A DNA stretch of 32,000 bases from a cyanobacterium endosymbiont of Epithemia turgida isolate EtSB Lake Yunoko (GTDB taxonomy: Bacteria > Cyanobacteriota > Cyanobacteriia > Cyanobacteriales > Microcystaceae). Location of the stretch: the NCBI RefSeq assembly GCF_000829235.1, contig NZ_AP012549.1:2430001-2462000 (forward strand), written 5' to 3'. The position numbers were made by a program, and so were the translations under genes. Below are positions 1 through 11,187 of this stretch, one piece after another (position 1 is the stretch's first letter; each line of letters opens with the position of its first letter). A model generated the notes under the pieces. It saw only the letters and a program-made list of their open reading frames with translations. It searched no databases and had not been told where the DNA came from.

Positions 1-123
1 CAGACAAACTTATAAACTGTACATTGTGAGGGGTGCCTATGCGACACTAACAAGTTATGGCATCAAGTAAAAGTCTTTCGTTCTTAATCTTTATTATTAT
101 CTAGTTTAAGCAGGAGAACCTCG

Positions 124-192
124 ATGGAGCTCATATCTCTTTCCCTCATTTTGGCTGGAACTTTTCTGGCAGATTATCTCCTCTACAGTTAA
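124..192 (+). CDS. Candidate 22-aa hydrophobic micro-ORF (MELISLSLILAGTFLADYLLYS), or the N-terminal stump of a decayed gene
   Basis: ATG at 124 follows AGGAG (112-116) at 7-nt spacing, with TAA at 190-192. It is below the 60-aa cutoff of the ORF track. Downstream frames contain short protein-like stretches broken by stops, so a relic is equally possible. Confidence 0.2.
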   Translation: MELISLSLILAGTFLADYLLYS

Positions 193-380
193 GTCTAGAG
201 TATACTTACTTTCTGAAAAAACCTGCAGCAGCTAAATAAAACTGAGGCGCAGCCGTATTGCAAAGATAAGTCGCGGACTGTACCCGCGGGTGGTATATTT
301 ATCAACTCTTAGCTGTGATTTCAATCACCTTTTTAACAGCCTTAAGCTCCAAGAGAAGTTGAAGTTGGTTTTTTAGTATT

Positions 381-2363
381 TTAACTTTCTTTGAGAGACA
401 TGCAACTCTCTTGATATATAACTAAGTCAAACCAGAAAGTTGTTCCAACACCGATCTCACTAATCAGATGGATTCGACTATGGTGTTTATCAATAATGTT
501 TTTAACAATAGAGAGTCCTAGTCCTGTTCCTTCTAGCGTATGAACACGATTTTCCACACGAAAGAAACGGTCAAAAATCGCCTCTTGATCTTCGGGATCA
601 ATTCCAATCCCTGTATCAGCAATTTCTATTCTTACCTGAGGTTGATAGGTAGGATTATGAGGGCTTTTCGTAAGTTGATAAGCTCGAATCACGATTTTCC
701 CCCCCGCCTCAGTGAATTTTAAGCTGTTACCGACTAGATTGGTCATCACTTGAAGTAAAAGGTCGTAATGTCCTAGGATAGGGGTTAAATTTGGTTCTAT
801 TTCTTGAGTTAAGGTTAATTGTTTATCCTTAGCATTTAGTTGGTAAGTACGTAGAATTTGTTCGACCACCTGATTGATATCAACCCGATCAAGATGATAA
901 ATTTTTGAGGATTCTAAACGAGATAGATCAAGAACATCATTCACCAAACGAGTGAGGCGATCGGTTTCATTGTTGGCAGTTTCTAAGAATTCCTTACGTT
1001 CACTTTCCGTTAAGTCTTTGCCAAATTCACTTAAGGTTTCAATAAAAGATTTGATATTGAATAAAGGGGTTCTTAACTCATGGGAAACATTACTAATAAA
1101 TTGGCTTTTGGCTGCATTTAACTCCACTTCACGGGTAATATCTTGCGCCGTCATCGCAATACCTTTAAGGGTTTCGCGGTATTGGTCAAAAACTTGGGTT
1201 AAGAGAACCCGAATAATACGCTGGGTTGGTTGAGTTAGCGTAATACGGAACTCCCAAGGGGATCCCCCTTGGTGACTTTCGGAAATTTCAGAAAGTGATT
1301 CGGAGGAGTTTTTGTCTTTGTTTGTGTGAGTGTCTTCCTGAGCCATCTCGTGAAGAGGAGCTGTCAATTGCCAGGTTAATTCCGGGGACAAAAGTTCAAA
1401 GATATTGGTTCCAATGACATCTTTTCCTTCCCAACCAAACATCCGCCGTGCCCGTGGATTAACTAATAGTAATTGTAAGTTAGAATCAAGTAGAATGGCA
1501 CCATCAACTATAGTTGAAACGAGAGTTTCCAACTTAGCTTTCTCGGCGGTTAATTCTTCAATATTTTGTTCTTCATAGCGTTCAAGACGTTCAGCCATTT
1601 CGTTAAAACTGCAGATTAATTCTCCTAATTCTCCCTCAAAAGGTAGATTTATCCGTTGTTTAAAGTTTCCGGCAGCGATATTTTTGACTCCAACTAATAA
1701 TTCTTTAATTGGTCGGGTAATGGTTAAAGCGTTAAAAACAACCCCTAGAATAACCATAGCCCAAATAGCGACAAAAACTGCAATCGTAACATCCCGAGTA
1801 AGGTTGGAAGAATTTACCACTGTAGGATTAGGATTAATACCAATGGCGAGAATTCCTAAATAGTTACCGTCATGTTTCAATGGAACAAAAACATCAGTCA
1901 CCTTTCCATCAGGGCTGAGATGTTGACGGACAAGAGGAAGATTAATGTTTGTCAGATCAGTTTTAGGTAACTGGATATGCCGTTCAATGGTTAGAGAATT
2001 TTGAACTTCTGCGGCGGAATAGGGAATACCAAAGAAAATTTGACCATCGCAATCAGCATATATGATATAACGGACGCTAGAGGTACTTCGATAGAAGTGA
2101 CTGGAAATGCGGGCAACATCAGCTAAGTGATCTTCAGCGATCAGGTGAGCAACATTAGAAGCTAACAAAAGCCCCAAATCTCGGCCAAAACGAGTATCAT
2201 TCAATTGGGCTTCTTGCTGAATGCTATTGACTGCCCAAAAGGTTAACCCACTCATGAACAAAGAAACAGCTAGAGTAGCTCCTGCCATTAATCTGGTTTG
2301 TAAGGTAAACTCTGACCACCAGCGTCTAATAATTTTTTGAATTGTTGTCAAAAGTATCAGCAA
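381..2363 (-). CDS. nblS: Membrane sensor histidine kinase, Hik33/NblS/DspA type (2 TM, HAMP, PAS, HisKA, HATPase)
   Basis: 660-aa ORF with N-terminal TM segments and an H-box SHELRTPL. N/G1/G2 boxes are NLVGNSLKF, DTGIGI and GTGLGLS. The N-terminus (WWSEFTLQTRLMAGATL...NDTRFGRDLG) matches my recollection of cyanobacterial Hik33/NblS. The ORF-track start at 2363 is TTG, so the true start is uncertain. Confidence 0.85.
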   Translation of the reverse strand: MLILLTTIQKIIRRWWSEFTLQTRLMAGATLAVSLFMSGLTFWAVNSIQQEAQLNDTRFGRDLGLLLASNVAHLIAEDHLADVARISSHFYRSTSSVRYIIYADCDGQIFFGIPYSAAEVQNSLTIERHIQLPKTDLTNINLPLVRQHLSPDGKVTDVFVPLKHDGNYLGILAIGINPNPTVVNSSNLTRDVTIAVFVAIWAMVILGVVFNALTITRPIKELLVGVKNIAAGNFKQRINLPFEGELGELICSFNEMAERLERYEEQNIEELTAEKAKLETLVSTIVDGAILLDSNLQLLLVNPRARRMFGWEGKDVIGTNIFELLSPELTWQLTAPLHEMAQEDTHTNKDKNSSESLSEISESHQGGSPWEFRITLTQPTQRIIRVLLTQVFDQYRETLKGIAMTAQDITREVELNAAKSQFISNVSHELRTPLFNIKSFIETLSEFGKDLTESERKEFLETANNETDRLTRLVNDVLDLSRLESSKIYHLDRVDINQVVEQILRTYQLNAKDKQLTLTQEIEPNLTPILGHYDLLLQVMTNLVGNSLKFTEAGGKIVIRAYQLTKSPHNPTYQPQVRIEIADTGIGIDPEDQEAIFDRFFRVENRVHTLEGTGLGLSIVKNIIDKHHSRIHLISEIGVGTTFWFDLVIYQESCMSLKES

Positions 2364-3632
2364 GATAGACCCAAAATGGATAGTTTTACATTTCTATTGG
2401 TTGTATCACCTTATTCTAAATTGTAAATGACTTCTAAGCCTAGGATAATGGTCACTTCCTATGCTTCATAACTATCAATTTTTATAAAAAATATTCTACT
2501 ATAGATGGTAATCTTGTGAAGTGTGATGAAGCAGAATACGAGGTGTAAAGTTTTTTTGAATTAAACATTATAAAGTGTGGTGCTTATCAGTTTTGGGGTA
2601 TTATTGACACTATTGTTGTAATTTAGTCGGTTTTTATTGATGCAAACGTGAAAAAAGAGTTTTTATCCCTCATACCATGCCATAGCCGCTTTATAGTTAA
2701 ATTTTTAATCTAGTTTATGAGCTTTGATGAAAGATTTATCAATTATTTATTGAAATGTATGAATTATAGTTAGGTTTTATTTTCATATCTGTATTCATTT
2801 GCTTACCTTATCTTGAACTAGATTAAGTTCTAATTTACATCTCACTTATTTTTATCATCTATTTAGATGAAGTTTAGCTAAAACTGGTCATAGTAGACTT
2901 TTAATTAAAAATTGATAGATAAACTATATAAAAGCGTAGGTAATCGCTAAAGTTGAAGAGCAAAAAACTGACATAAAAGAGTAGATTATAGAAATAAAGG
3001 ATCAGTGTGGAGACTTATACATAAAAATCAAGTTTTATTTAGACTTCTACCTTTTTTTGTAACTAAGCCCAATATTCATATCATGATAATCTGTCTGAGA
3101 TGTATAACGATTTATTCAATGATCTGTAATCTAGTATTATGATTATAAATAGCTAAAAATTAACGATTTTTAGTTATATCAAGAAGGTATTAGTCAGTTG
3201 AAAGCCTAGAAATAGAGAAAGACGGTAAAATTATTTATTTAACATTCACAGTTTAGAATTATTTTTGAAATGATATAATCCAGTTTTTATACTATGCCTT
3301 GTCAAGACATAAATAATGGAGCTAAAGAGTTAATCGATGACTGATATTAAATCTGAAGAGATAACTTTCTTCAGATTTAACTTTAACCTTATTTTAGTTT
3401 TGGCGTATTTAAACTAAAATTTAATTCTCTTATTGTGATCTACTTATTTTTTAAAATATTTAGTCATTATTGAATAATTTCAAGTTAATCCGATATATGG
3501 TAGCTAATTGATTTATTCCCGACAGTACATATTGTAGGAAACCGGGCATAATGGAGCTCCTAAAGACATCAAAATGACGAAGTCGCTATCAACTGATGAG
3601 ACGAAAGAAATAGGTTAATCCTCTCCATAGAA

Positions 3633-4856
3633 TCAGATTATTGCCTCAAGTGTTGCTTCTAATGCAATGGAAATATGAGTCCAATGAGTTCCCCCTTGGC
3701 AAAAAACGATGTAGGGTTCTCGCAGAGGTCCGTCAGCAGAAAGTTCTGAGGTACTCCCATCCACAAAAGTTCCTCCAGCCATCACTAATTGACTCTCATA
3801 TCCTGGCATTGTGGCGGGAACGGGGTCTAAATAGGAACCTACTGGAGAACAACCTTGAATTGCTCGACAGAAGGCAATTAATTTTTCTGGAGAACCTAGT
3901 TGAATCGCCTGAATAACATCTTGACGGGGAACCAACGGCAACGGGTTAACAGGATATCCTAATTTATTGAAAACATAGGCAATTAAATGAGTTCCTTTTA
4001 CTGCTTCCCCTACTATTTGTGGGGCTAAAAATAATCCCTGAAATAACAACCGATTTTGATTAAAAGTTGCTCCTCCTTCTGTGCCAATTCCTGGAGCAGT
4101 TAAGCGACAAGCTGCCATTTCTACCAACTCTTTTTGTCCCGCAATATAACCTCCAGCTGTAACTAAAGTTCCCCCAGGATTTTTAATTAAAGAACCTGCT
4201 ATCAAATCTGCACCGACGGCTGTAGGCTCGATGGTTTCAATGAATTCCCCATAGCAATTATCTACAAAACAAACTGTATTGGGGTTTTGCCGTTTAATGA
4301 TAGCAATGATTTCTTTAATTTCTGCAATCGAGAGACTTTTACGCCAAGAATAGCCACATGAACGTTGAATCAAAACAAGTCGAGTATTGTTACTAATAAC
4401 AGTTTTTAAAGTTGCCCAATCAAGGGTTCCTGAATCAAGTAACGGCATTTCTCGGTAATTAATGTTAAACTCCTTCAAGGAACCTTGATAATTCCCTCGT
4501 AGACCAATAACCTCTTCTAGGGTGTCATAGGGAGAACCAGTAACTGACAACATCTCATCCCCTGGACGGAGAATACCGAATAAAGCACAGGTTATCGCAT
4601 GGGTCCCTGAGACAAATTGTACTCGGACGATAGATGTTTGAGCTCCCATAACTTTTGCAAAAACCTTATCTAGAGTTTCTCGTCCTAAGTCGTCGTGTCC
4701 ATAGCCACTAACACTCGCGAAATGGTGAACTCCAACCCGGTAAAGGCGAAAAGCACTTAAGATTTTTTTGAGATTTTGCTTGACCTTAGCGTCGATTTCC
4801 GAAAAAATTGGAAGGAGTGCTTTTTCGGCCTCTTCTAGGATCGTTTTGCTTTTCAT
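3633..4856 (-). CDS. PLP-dependent YnbB-like protein (methionine gamma-lyase / aluminum-resistance family)
   Basis: 407-aa ORF with an ATG start. Signature stretches SGYGHDDLGRETLDKVFA, SGTHAI, LRPGDE, PYDTLEEVIG, FVDNCYGEF and GSLIKNPGG are collinear with Bacillus YnbB-type proteins as I recall them. Confidence 0.8.
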   Translation of the reverse strand: MKSKTILEEAEKALLPIFSEIDAKVKQNLKKILSAFRLYRVGVHHFASVSGYGHDDLGRETLDKVFAKVMGAQTSIVRVQFVSGTHAITCALFGILRPGDEMLSVTGSPYDTLEEVIGLRGNYQGSLKEFNINYREMPLLDSGTLDWATLKTVISNNTRLVLIQRSCGYSWRKSLSIAEIKEIIAIIKRQNPNTVCFVDNCYGEFIETIEPTAVGADLIAGSLIKNPGGTLVTAGGYIAGQKELVEMAACRLTAPGIGTEGGATFNQNRLLFQGLFLAPQIVGEAVKGTHLIAYVFNKLGYPVNPLPLVPRQDVIQAIQLGSPEKLIAFCRAIQGCSPVGSYLDPVPATMPGYESQLVMAGGTFVDGSTSELSADGPLREPYIVFCQGGTHWTHISIALEATLEAII

Positions 4857-5103
4857 TTGTTTTCCAAAAGGACAATTTCGTTGCTGACGATTACTGATTC
4901 TAAAGCTGAGATAGTTATTTCTGTCAAATAGAGAAACCTATGCTAGTTCAATTATGGTATAATACGAAAGTAATCGTTTTCGTGAAAACCCTAATAATCT
5001 AATTTTCATGATCGATTGTCTTTATGATTGAAAGGCTAGGTTTTAAGTTACGCACTTTGGCATACATAATCTCGTCTAAATATATTTACATTTAGGTTAC
5101 TAT

Positions 5104-5928
5104 ATGACTGTGGCTACCTCCCAAAAACTTCCCTTCGACTGGACAGTTATCATATTCATGGCTACGATCCATCTAGTAGCATTACTGTCTTTGTTACCTA
5201 GCAATTTTAGTTGGGGAGCAGTTGGTGTGACATTTTTTTTATATTGGGTGACAGGAGCTTTAGGGATTACCCTAGGGTTCCATCGTTTGGTTACTCATTC
5301 TAGTTTTAAAGCTCCAAAATGGCTAGAATACGCACTTGTTTTTTGTGGAACTTTGGCCTGTCAAGGTGGACCCATCCGATGGGTTGGTTTACACCGACTT
5401 CACCACAAATATTCTGATACTGAAAATGATCCTCATGATTCCAATCTAGGATTTTGGTGGAGTCACATGGGATGGATGCTACATGAAATTACTGCTGATA
5501 ATGAAGTTCCCCGTTATACTCAAGATATCGAGGAAGAACCGTTTTATCAATTTTGTCAAAAGTATATGATTCCGATTCAAATGGCGTTGGGACTACTCCT
5601 TTATTTCTTAGGAGGATGGTCTTTCGTTGTTTGGGGAATTTTTGTTCGTTTAGTCATAGTTTTTCACTTTACTTGGTTTGTCAACAGTGCTACCCACAAA
5701 TTTGGCTATCAAAGTCATGAATCTAACGATAATTCTAGAAACTGTTGGTGGGTTGCTGTTCTGACTTTTGGAGAAGGTTGGCACAATAATCACCATGCTT
5801 ATCAGTATTCCGCCCGTCATGGTTTAGCTTGGTGGGAAATTGATATTACTTGGATTACCATTCAAGTATTAAAGTCACTGGGGTTAGCAACTAATATTAA
5901 ATTAGCTCCAAGTCGGGAAAATAATTAA
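5104..5928 (+). CDS. desC: Acyl-lipid delta-9 fatty acid desaturase
   Basis: 274 aa with an ATG start. Three histidine boxes (HRLVTH, HRLHH, HNNHH) and hydrophobic N-terminal helices are typical of membrane delta-9 desaturases. Confidence 0.85.
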   Translation: MTVATSQKLPFDWTVIIFMATIHLVALLSLLPSNFSWGAVGVTFFLYWVTGALGITLGFHRLVTHSSFKAPKWLEYALVFCGTLACQGGPIRWVGLHRLHHKYSDTENDPHDSNLGFWWSHMGWMLHEITADNEVPRYTQDIEEEPFYQFCQKYMIPIQMALGLLLYFLGGWSFVVWGIFVRLVIVFHFTWFVNSATHKFGYQSHESNDNSRNCWWVAVLTFGEGWHNNHHAYQYSARHGLAWWEIDITWITIQVLKSLGLATNIKLAPSRENN

Positions 5929-6074
5929 CTTTTAAAAGTTACCTAAATTTCCTGGGGTAAGCAATACCTATCTCAGAAAATTTAGGTAGTTTAGTTATTA
6001 GTCCTTACAATTACAATCGTAATAATTTCCCGTCAACTTCTCTAACGGATAATCCTATATTTTAAGTAATTATA

Positions 6075-6248
6075 TCAAAGAGGGTGATATTTAGTATAAA
6101 TACTCTGAATAATACTAAGTAAATCTGGTGCTAACTCAGAGAAAGGGTTAGGCTTTAGTAAATCTAAAAGAGGCAATTGTTTTGTTGCTTGAGTGAAGTT
6201 TAGAATTTTTATAATATCTCCAATAATTCCTCCGATGATTATTTCCAT
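6075..6248 (-). CDS. Unannotated 57-aa ORF (MEIIIGGIIGDIIKILNFTQATKQLPLLDLLKPNPFSELAPDLLSIIQSIYTKYHPL), function unknown
   Basis: ATG at 6248 and TGA at 6075-6077, read by hand. It is just under the 60-aa track cutoff and is the only long open frame in the 1.46-kb desC-fmt spacer. I recognised no motif. Confidence 0.2.
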   Translation of the reverse strand: MEIIIGGIIGDIIKILNFTQATKQLPLLDLLKPNPFSELAPDLLSIIQSIYTKYHPL

Positions 6249-7392
6249 CTTATTTTATGAATTTTATTTATAAATTTCTCTAAAAAACTTGTATTTATTT
6301 AAAATTAGAAGAATTAGGAAAAGTATAGACATTTTACCTGGATTGATTGACATAACGCGCTGTAATTAATGTATTATTTTTTTTATAATTTTTTATTATT
6401 GATTTATATTTTACCCTATAATAACATAATTCTGCACAGTGAAATAATTATAATTATCTAAAATTTATACGGTTTATATGGCAAATTTACTTCAAATTAA
6501 GCTCTGTTATTGAATATTTTGATGTAATTGATGATGATTTAGAAGTATATACTTGATCAAGTCCTATTCCTAACACAGTATAGGATTCCGTCTCCTGCCT
6601 CTAAAACAAAACTTCGTAATAAATAACTCCATTAATACCAGCAATCATTCCTTAAATTTTCATTAAATTATATTAAACCAAAGCCATACTAAACATTACA
6701 AGTCTAATGGCGATCATGTTCTGTGGATTAACAGGTACCGATAATTTTATTGAAAAATTGACCTGTCTTTGATAGTGTAGGAAAAGGGAATAGTTACTAT
6801 TGGCAGAAATACAAAAGTAAGGGTTTTTGATAAATGTCATTTAAGTAATTAAATACGATTAATTTAAAGTTATATATCAATGATTTTAAGCGGGATTTAA
6901 ACTCAATTACTTCTATTCTTGTTAATTTTTGTTTGCTTACCATCTAGATAGATTGTAAGTTCTTAAGATATTGTTCAATATACTTCAGTAATATAGGGCT
7001 GGCCCATTGTGTTTTTTTTATTACTAGCCAATAGGCTAATTTTAAATTTACTAATTTTTTAAAAAAAAGATTAACAATTAATTGATCACTAATCAAGCCA
7101 AAAACTTAGATGTTCTTTAACTGTCATCGAGTATAGATAAACTTTTCTTTAAGATGATCAAATAATAATGTCTGTCAACTTGTTAATACTGAAAAATGTT
7201 TATTAAATAAATTTAAAGAGCAGTGTAAAGTGTTTGAGCTGCTGGGTTACAGCGAATTATTTAATCAGATATTGTGATTAATTGATAATGATCGCCCACT
7301 CACTCTACGTCAAGGTTTAACATTTTGTCAATAAATAGGCTTTAAGATTGTATTAGGAGTATTCTTTCTACCTTCTTCCTTTCTTTTTTAAT

Positions 7393-8388
7393 ATGCAGGT
7401 TATTTTTTTTGGAACCCCAAAATTTGCCATCGCTACGTTGCAACGGTTGCTAAATCATCCTGATTATAAAGTTATAGGAGTTGTTACTCAACCCGATAAA
7501 CGACGGGGACGGGGTAATCAATTAGTACCCTCTGCTGTCAAAAAAGTTGCTCTACAACATAATTTACTTCTCTGGCAACCTAAAAGAATCAGAAATGCGC
7601 AAAAGATCCTCTCTGAGCTTAGAGAAGCCCAGGCAGATGTCTTTGTTGTGGTGGCTTATGGACAAATATTATCCCCTGAGATCTTATCTATTCCTAAACG
7701 AGGCTGTATTAATGTTCACGGCTCAATTTTGCCCCAATATCGCGGAGCAGCTCCTATTCAGTGGGGTGTATATAACGGGGAACAACAAGTAGGGGTTACT
7801 ACTATGTTAATGAACGAAGGAATGGATACAGGAGATATATTGCTTAAATCTGTGAAATATATTGGATTATTAGATAATTGTCAGCAAATTACTGAAGAAC
7901 TAGCTCAAAATGGGGCAGATTTGTTGTTAAAAACCTTACAAAAACTAGAAGTTGGGGATATTATTGCCACTGCTCAAGATCCAACAGAAGCCACCTACGC
8001 TCCACTAATTCAAAAATCTGACTATAAGATTAATTGGTCTAGATCCGCAATCGCCGTTCATAACCAAGTACGGGGATTTTATCCTAATTGTATCACCAAT
8101 TTCCGTGACCAATCCCTGAAAGTTATGGCGACCATTCCGTTAGAAGATATTGATTGGGAGTCTTTACCCTCTGCGTTTCAACCCCTTCGGCAACAAGCAG
8201 CAAAATTACCAACTTTTAAAGGAACCCCAGGGGAAATCATGAGTAACATTAAAAATTTTGGACCTGTGGTACAGACAGGAGAAGGACTGCTTCTCTTAAA
8301 AGAAGTACAATTATCGGGAAAACGCCGTCAGTCAGGGTGGGATTTTTTAAATGGAACTCGTGTAAACGTGGGAGAAAAATTTTTTTAA
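7393..8388 (+). CDS. fmt: Methionyl-tRNA formyltransferase
   Basis: 331 aa with an ATG start. N-terminal FFGTP..A and HGSILPQYRGAAPIQ motifs plus a C-terminal Fmt domain. Confidence 0.9.
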   Translation: MQVIFFGTPKFAIATLQRLLNHPDYKVIGVVTQPDKRRGRGNQLVPSAVKKVALQHNLLLWQPKRIRNAQKILSELREAQADVFVVVAYGQILSPEILSIPKRGCINVHGSILPQYRGAAPIQWGVYNGEQQVGVTTMLMNEGMDTGDILLKSVKYIGLLDNCQQITEELAQNGADLLLKTLQKLEVGDIIATAQDPTEATYAPLIQKSDYKINWSRSAIAVHNQVRGFYPNCITNFRDQSLKVMATIPLEDIDWESLPSAFQPLRQQAAKLPTFKGTPGEIMSNIKNFGPVVQTGEGLLLLKEVQLSGKRRQSGWDFLNGTRVNVGEKFF

Positions 8389-8646
8389 CTAACTTTAGGA
8401 TGATTTATGGGCTTATATAAATAAGATCCCTTATAATGTTGGTTAGAATTTACTAAACAGCGCATTGTCTCTAAATAAGTTGTAATACAGTAAGGAATAT
8501 CTATAATTATCCAACGGACATTCAATATTTTTTTCTGAGGGGTTAAGTCAATTAGACATAAAAAAACTGTACTCAAAAACAGCCATCAACTTTGTATTAA
8601 TAATGATGATGGCGTTCAAGCACCATATAAATTTATCTTTTTAATT

Positions 8647-8695
8647 CTAGATAATTACCAACCTGAAGTATCCAATCAACTTGGTAATTATCTAG
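8647..8695. repeat. Inverted repeat, 15-bp perfect arms (ctagataattaccaa / ttggtaattatctag), 19-nt loop
   Basis: Arms at 8647-8661 and 8681-8695, verified base by base. It lies about 260 nt downstream of the fmt stop. Confidence 0.7.
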
Positions 8696-10377
8696 GGTTT
8701 GATGAGGATGGAGTAAGATTATCCTTATTGGTAAAGACTGTGTTTTCACTTTTGAGTGGCATTGGCTGACTATACTAGTTAATTATAGCGTTATCTTTTA
8801 GCTTTTTAATCAATCTAGCTCATATCGTGATCGCTTTTTTAAAACAATTATCATCTGTATAATTGCCATTAGATTTAAATTTAAATTAGATCAAAGTATT
8901 CTAATTAGTTTAGCTGATTCTACGGTTAAAAAATTTCGTTAAAGATAAATAAGTTTACTAAACCAAATCCTAAAATCGGAGCAGAAAGACTACTACTGCA
9001 GCCATAGTGTTTATGGCTCCATAGCCAGCGCTTAAAATAAACAGACTGACACTAAGGACATTTCCTATTGAGACTGCTAATCTTTTTCGAGACGACAGAC
9101 AGAATCTTGTAGGGGGATAATTCCTTTTTTTAGCGGATTTTTTTTTTATAAGTAACTATTGAATGATCGATAAAGTAAAAAGTAACTTTGAGAAAAGATA
9201 TTATGGTGAGTAATTAAGCCCGAAGGATACATTTTAAAACCTGAAACAAAATAATCTCTAACTAATAGAATAAAATAACCTCTCAACTACTTCTATCTGA
9301 AAAGACGAAGGGTAAGTGAACAGGAGTTAGATATTATTGACAGATAGACTTAAATATAATCTAGTCCAGAAACATAAAGGGATTGTAAAAAATAAAGGAT
9401 AAAAAATCAACAAAACAGAGGAGATTCTCAAAATAGGAGATAGCTATCGGTACTCTTATAAAGAAATTAATAGCTAAGGCTAAGTTCCATTATACTTGAT
9501 CACTGAATCTTAATGTTCGGACTTTAGCCGCTTATTCGAAATATTTGATAATTTATCTCATGACCAAAAATAAAGTTTCATAGTATAAACATCTAAAAAA
9601 TTACAGTTCTCAGTCAAAAAAGAAAAGTAACATTCAATTAAAAACTTAGAGATAAAGGAAAATAGGACGACAGTTTATTCAAAAGAGTTATATAAAGTCA
9701 AGGTTTTAAAAAATTTTTACAAATAATATTGTTATATTTTATTTTGCTAAGATTATCAAAACTTAAATAAAGCATTATATCTTAAACTTTACTGGCATCT
9801 TATTTTAAAGCAAAAGCTAACAGCTCAAACATAAAAACTATGTCACTGACAGAGAATAACACTAACTAAAATGTTCAATAAGTAGAAAAATTCGGTTGAA
9901 TAATATAAAGATTAGGTATTTTTTAAACATTGTAAAAACAATAAAGAATTGTTGTTTCTAATCAAACACTTAATCAAGTAGTACTGCTGACAGCATAAAT
10001 GACTAAATGCATTGTTGACAATTCTAGCAGGAGCTTAGACCTAATCAACATATTAAAACTTCAAGAAAACCCATAGCCAGTCATAGTTAAATATCCTAAC
10101 TTTGTTAAAGTGATTTCTCTTGCCTGATGGGGTTTCAAAACAGTATGTAAATATCCTGAAATACTATGTTTTTTACATTAATCAAAAACGATATTAACTG
10201 AAACAGATGAAAATAAAATAGGGAAGAAAATAGTTGTAATTCAAAACAAAATCTAAGCAGAAGAAGATTTCATCAAATGGTTAAGAATCATCGCTCCACA
10301 GTATAATAGAAAAACAAGCTCTTGTTATTTTGATAACAATATAAAAATATTTTTAAAAGCTTTAACTGACTGTCACA

Positions 10378-10413
10378 ATAAGACAAAATAATCCCCTCAT
10401 CCTAAAGAGGGGA
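10378..10413 (-). terminator. Rho-independent terminator of infC
   Basis: G+C-rich 7-bp stem (10392-10398 tcccctc / 10407-10413 gagggga) with an 8-nt loop. In minus-strand sense it is followed by ttattttgtcttatt. It sits 58 nt after the infC stop. Confidence 0.65.
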
Positions 10414-10471
10414 GTTAACGAATTTAATTGCCTAAATGTGACTATGTTATCAACAGTTTTTTAGTCTTTCT

Positions 10472-11002
10472 TTACTTCTTGGGGGTTAAGAACATCATCA
10501 TATTTCGTCCCTCCCGTTTAGGAATTTGTTGAATGTCAGCGATGTCTTTAAGATCTTGAGCCATACGGTCTAGTAAATTTAAGGCCAAATTGGAATGTTG
10601 AATTTCTCGACCTCGGAATGTAACCGTCGCTTTAACTTTGTCACCAGACTTAAGAAAACGTTTGGCTTGATTAATACGTACCATATAATCGCTTTCGCCG
10701 ATTTTATAACGCATCTTTACTTCCTTAACGTCGGCTGTATGCTGCTTTTTCTTGGCTTCTCTGGCTTTTTTCTCCTGTTCAAATTTATATTTGCCATAAT
10801 CCATGATTCGGCAGACAGGAGGTTTAGCAGTTTCACTCACCAAGACTAAATCAAGCTCCTTTTCTTGCGCGATGGTTAAGGCTTCATCAGGAGTCAGAAG
10901 ACCGACTTGTGCACCATCGCTATCGATGACTCGGATTTCAGGAAAACGAATTCTTTCGTTGATTTTGGGGAGATCCCGTTGAGGGCGTCTTTTATCTATC
11001 AC
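10472..11002 (-). CDS. infC: Translation initiation factor IF-3
   Basis: 176 aa. [37 protein letters not shown] and KEVKMRYKI are typical IF-3 N- and C-domain sequences. The called start is GTG (11002-11000) followed by ATA. Confidence 0.9.
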   Translation of the reverse strand: MIDKRRPQRDLPKINERIRFPEIRVIDSDGAQVGLLTPDEALTIAQEKELDLVLVSETAKPPVCRIMDYGKYKFEQEKKAREAKKKQHTADVKEVKMRYKIGESDYMVRINQAKRFLKSGDKVKATVTFRGREIQHSNLALNLLDRMAQDLKDIADIQQIPKREGRNMMMFLTPKK

Positions 11003-11187
11003 AGGCGTTTGTTGTTATATCTTAAATAGATGGACGAACTTAAGTGAATATAAATGAATAGGGTAACTAATTTCATTTTACTAACTTTTAACTAGGTTCT
11101 ATCTTAAATACGAATATTACTTTTTGTTTGTGATCATCTATCTCAAGATTGGGATTTGATTCACTCATGTCGATCATTATCCGATAA

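Noticed and set aside
318-335. Short hairpin gtgat-ttca-atcac followed by ttttt, considered as a terminator
   Set aside because: The stem is only 5 bp and AT-rich. The orientation fits a plus-strand transcript for which no solid gene exists, and it does not fit the minus-strand kinase gene.
7355-7392. AGGAG at 7355-7359 followed by a 27-nt polypyrimidine tract directly upstream of the fmt ATG, considered as a regulatory leader or alternative start
   Set aside because: The AGGAG is 33 nt from the ATG and no in-frame upstream start exists. Pyrimidine-rich, SD-less leaders are common in cyanobacteria. This is noted but not interpretable from sequence alone.
8385-8576. 63-aa minus-strand ORF overlapping the fmt stop
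   Set aside because: No start context or recognisable motif, and the composition is that of the spacer. It is probably a chance frame.
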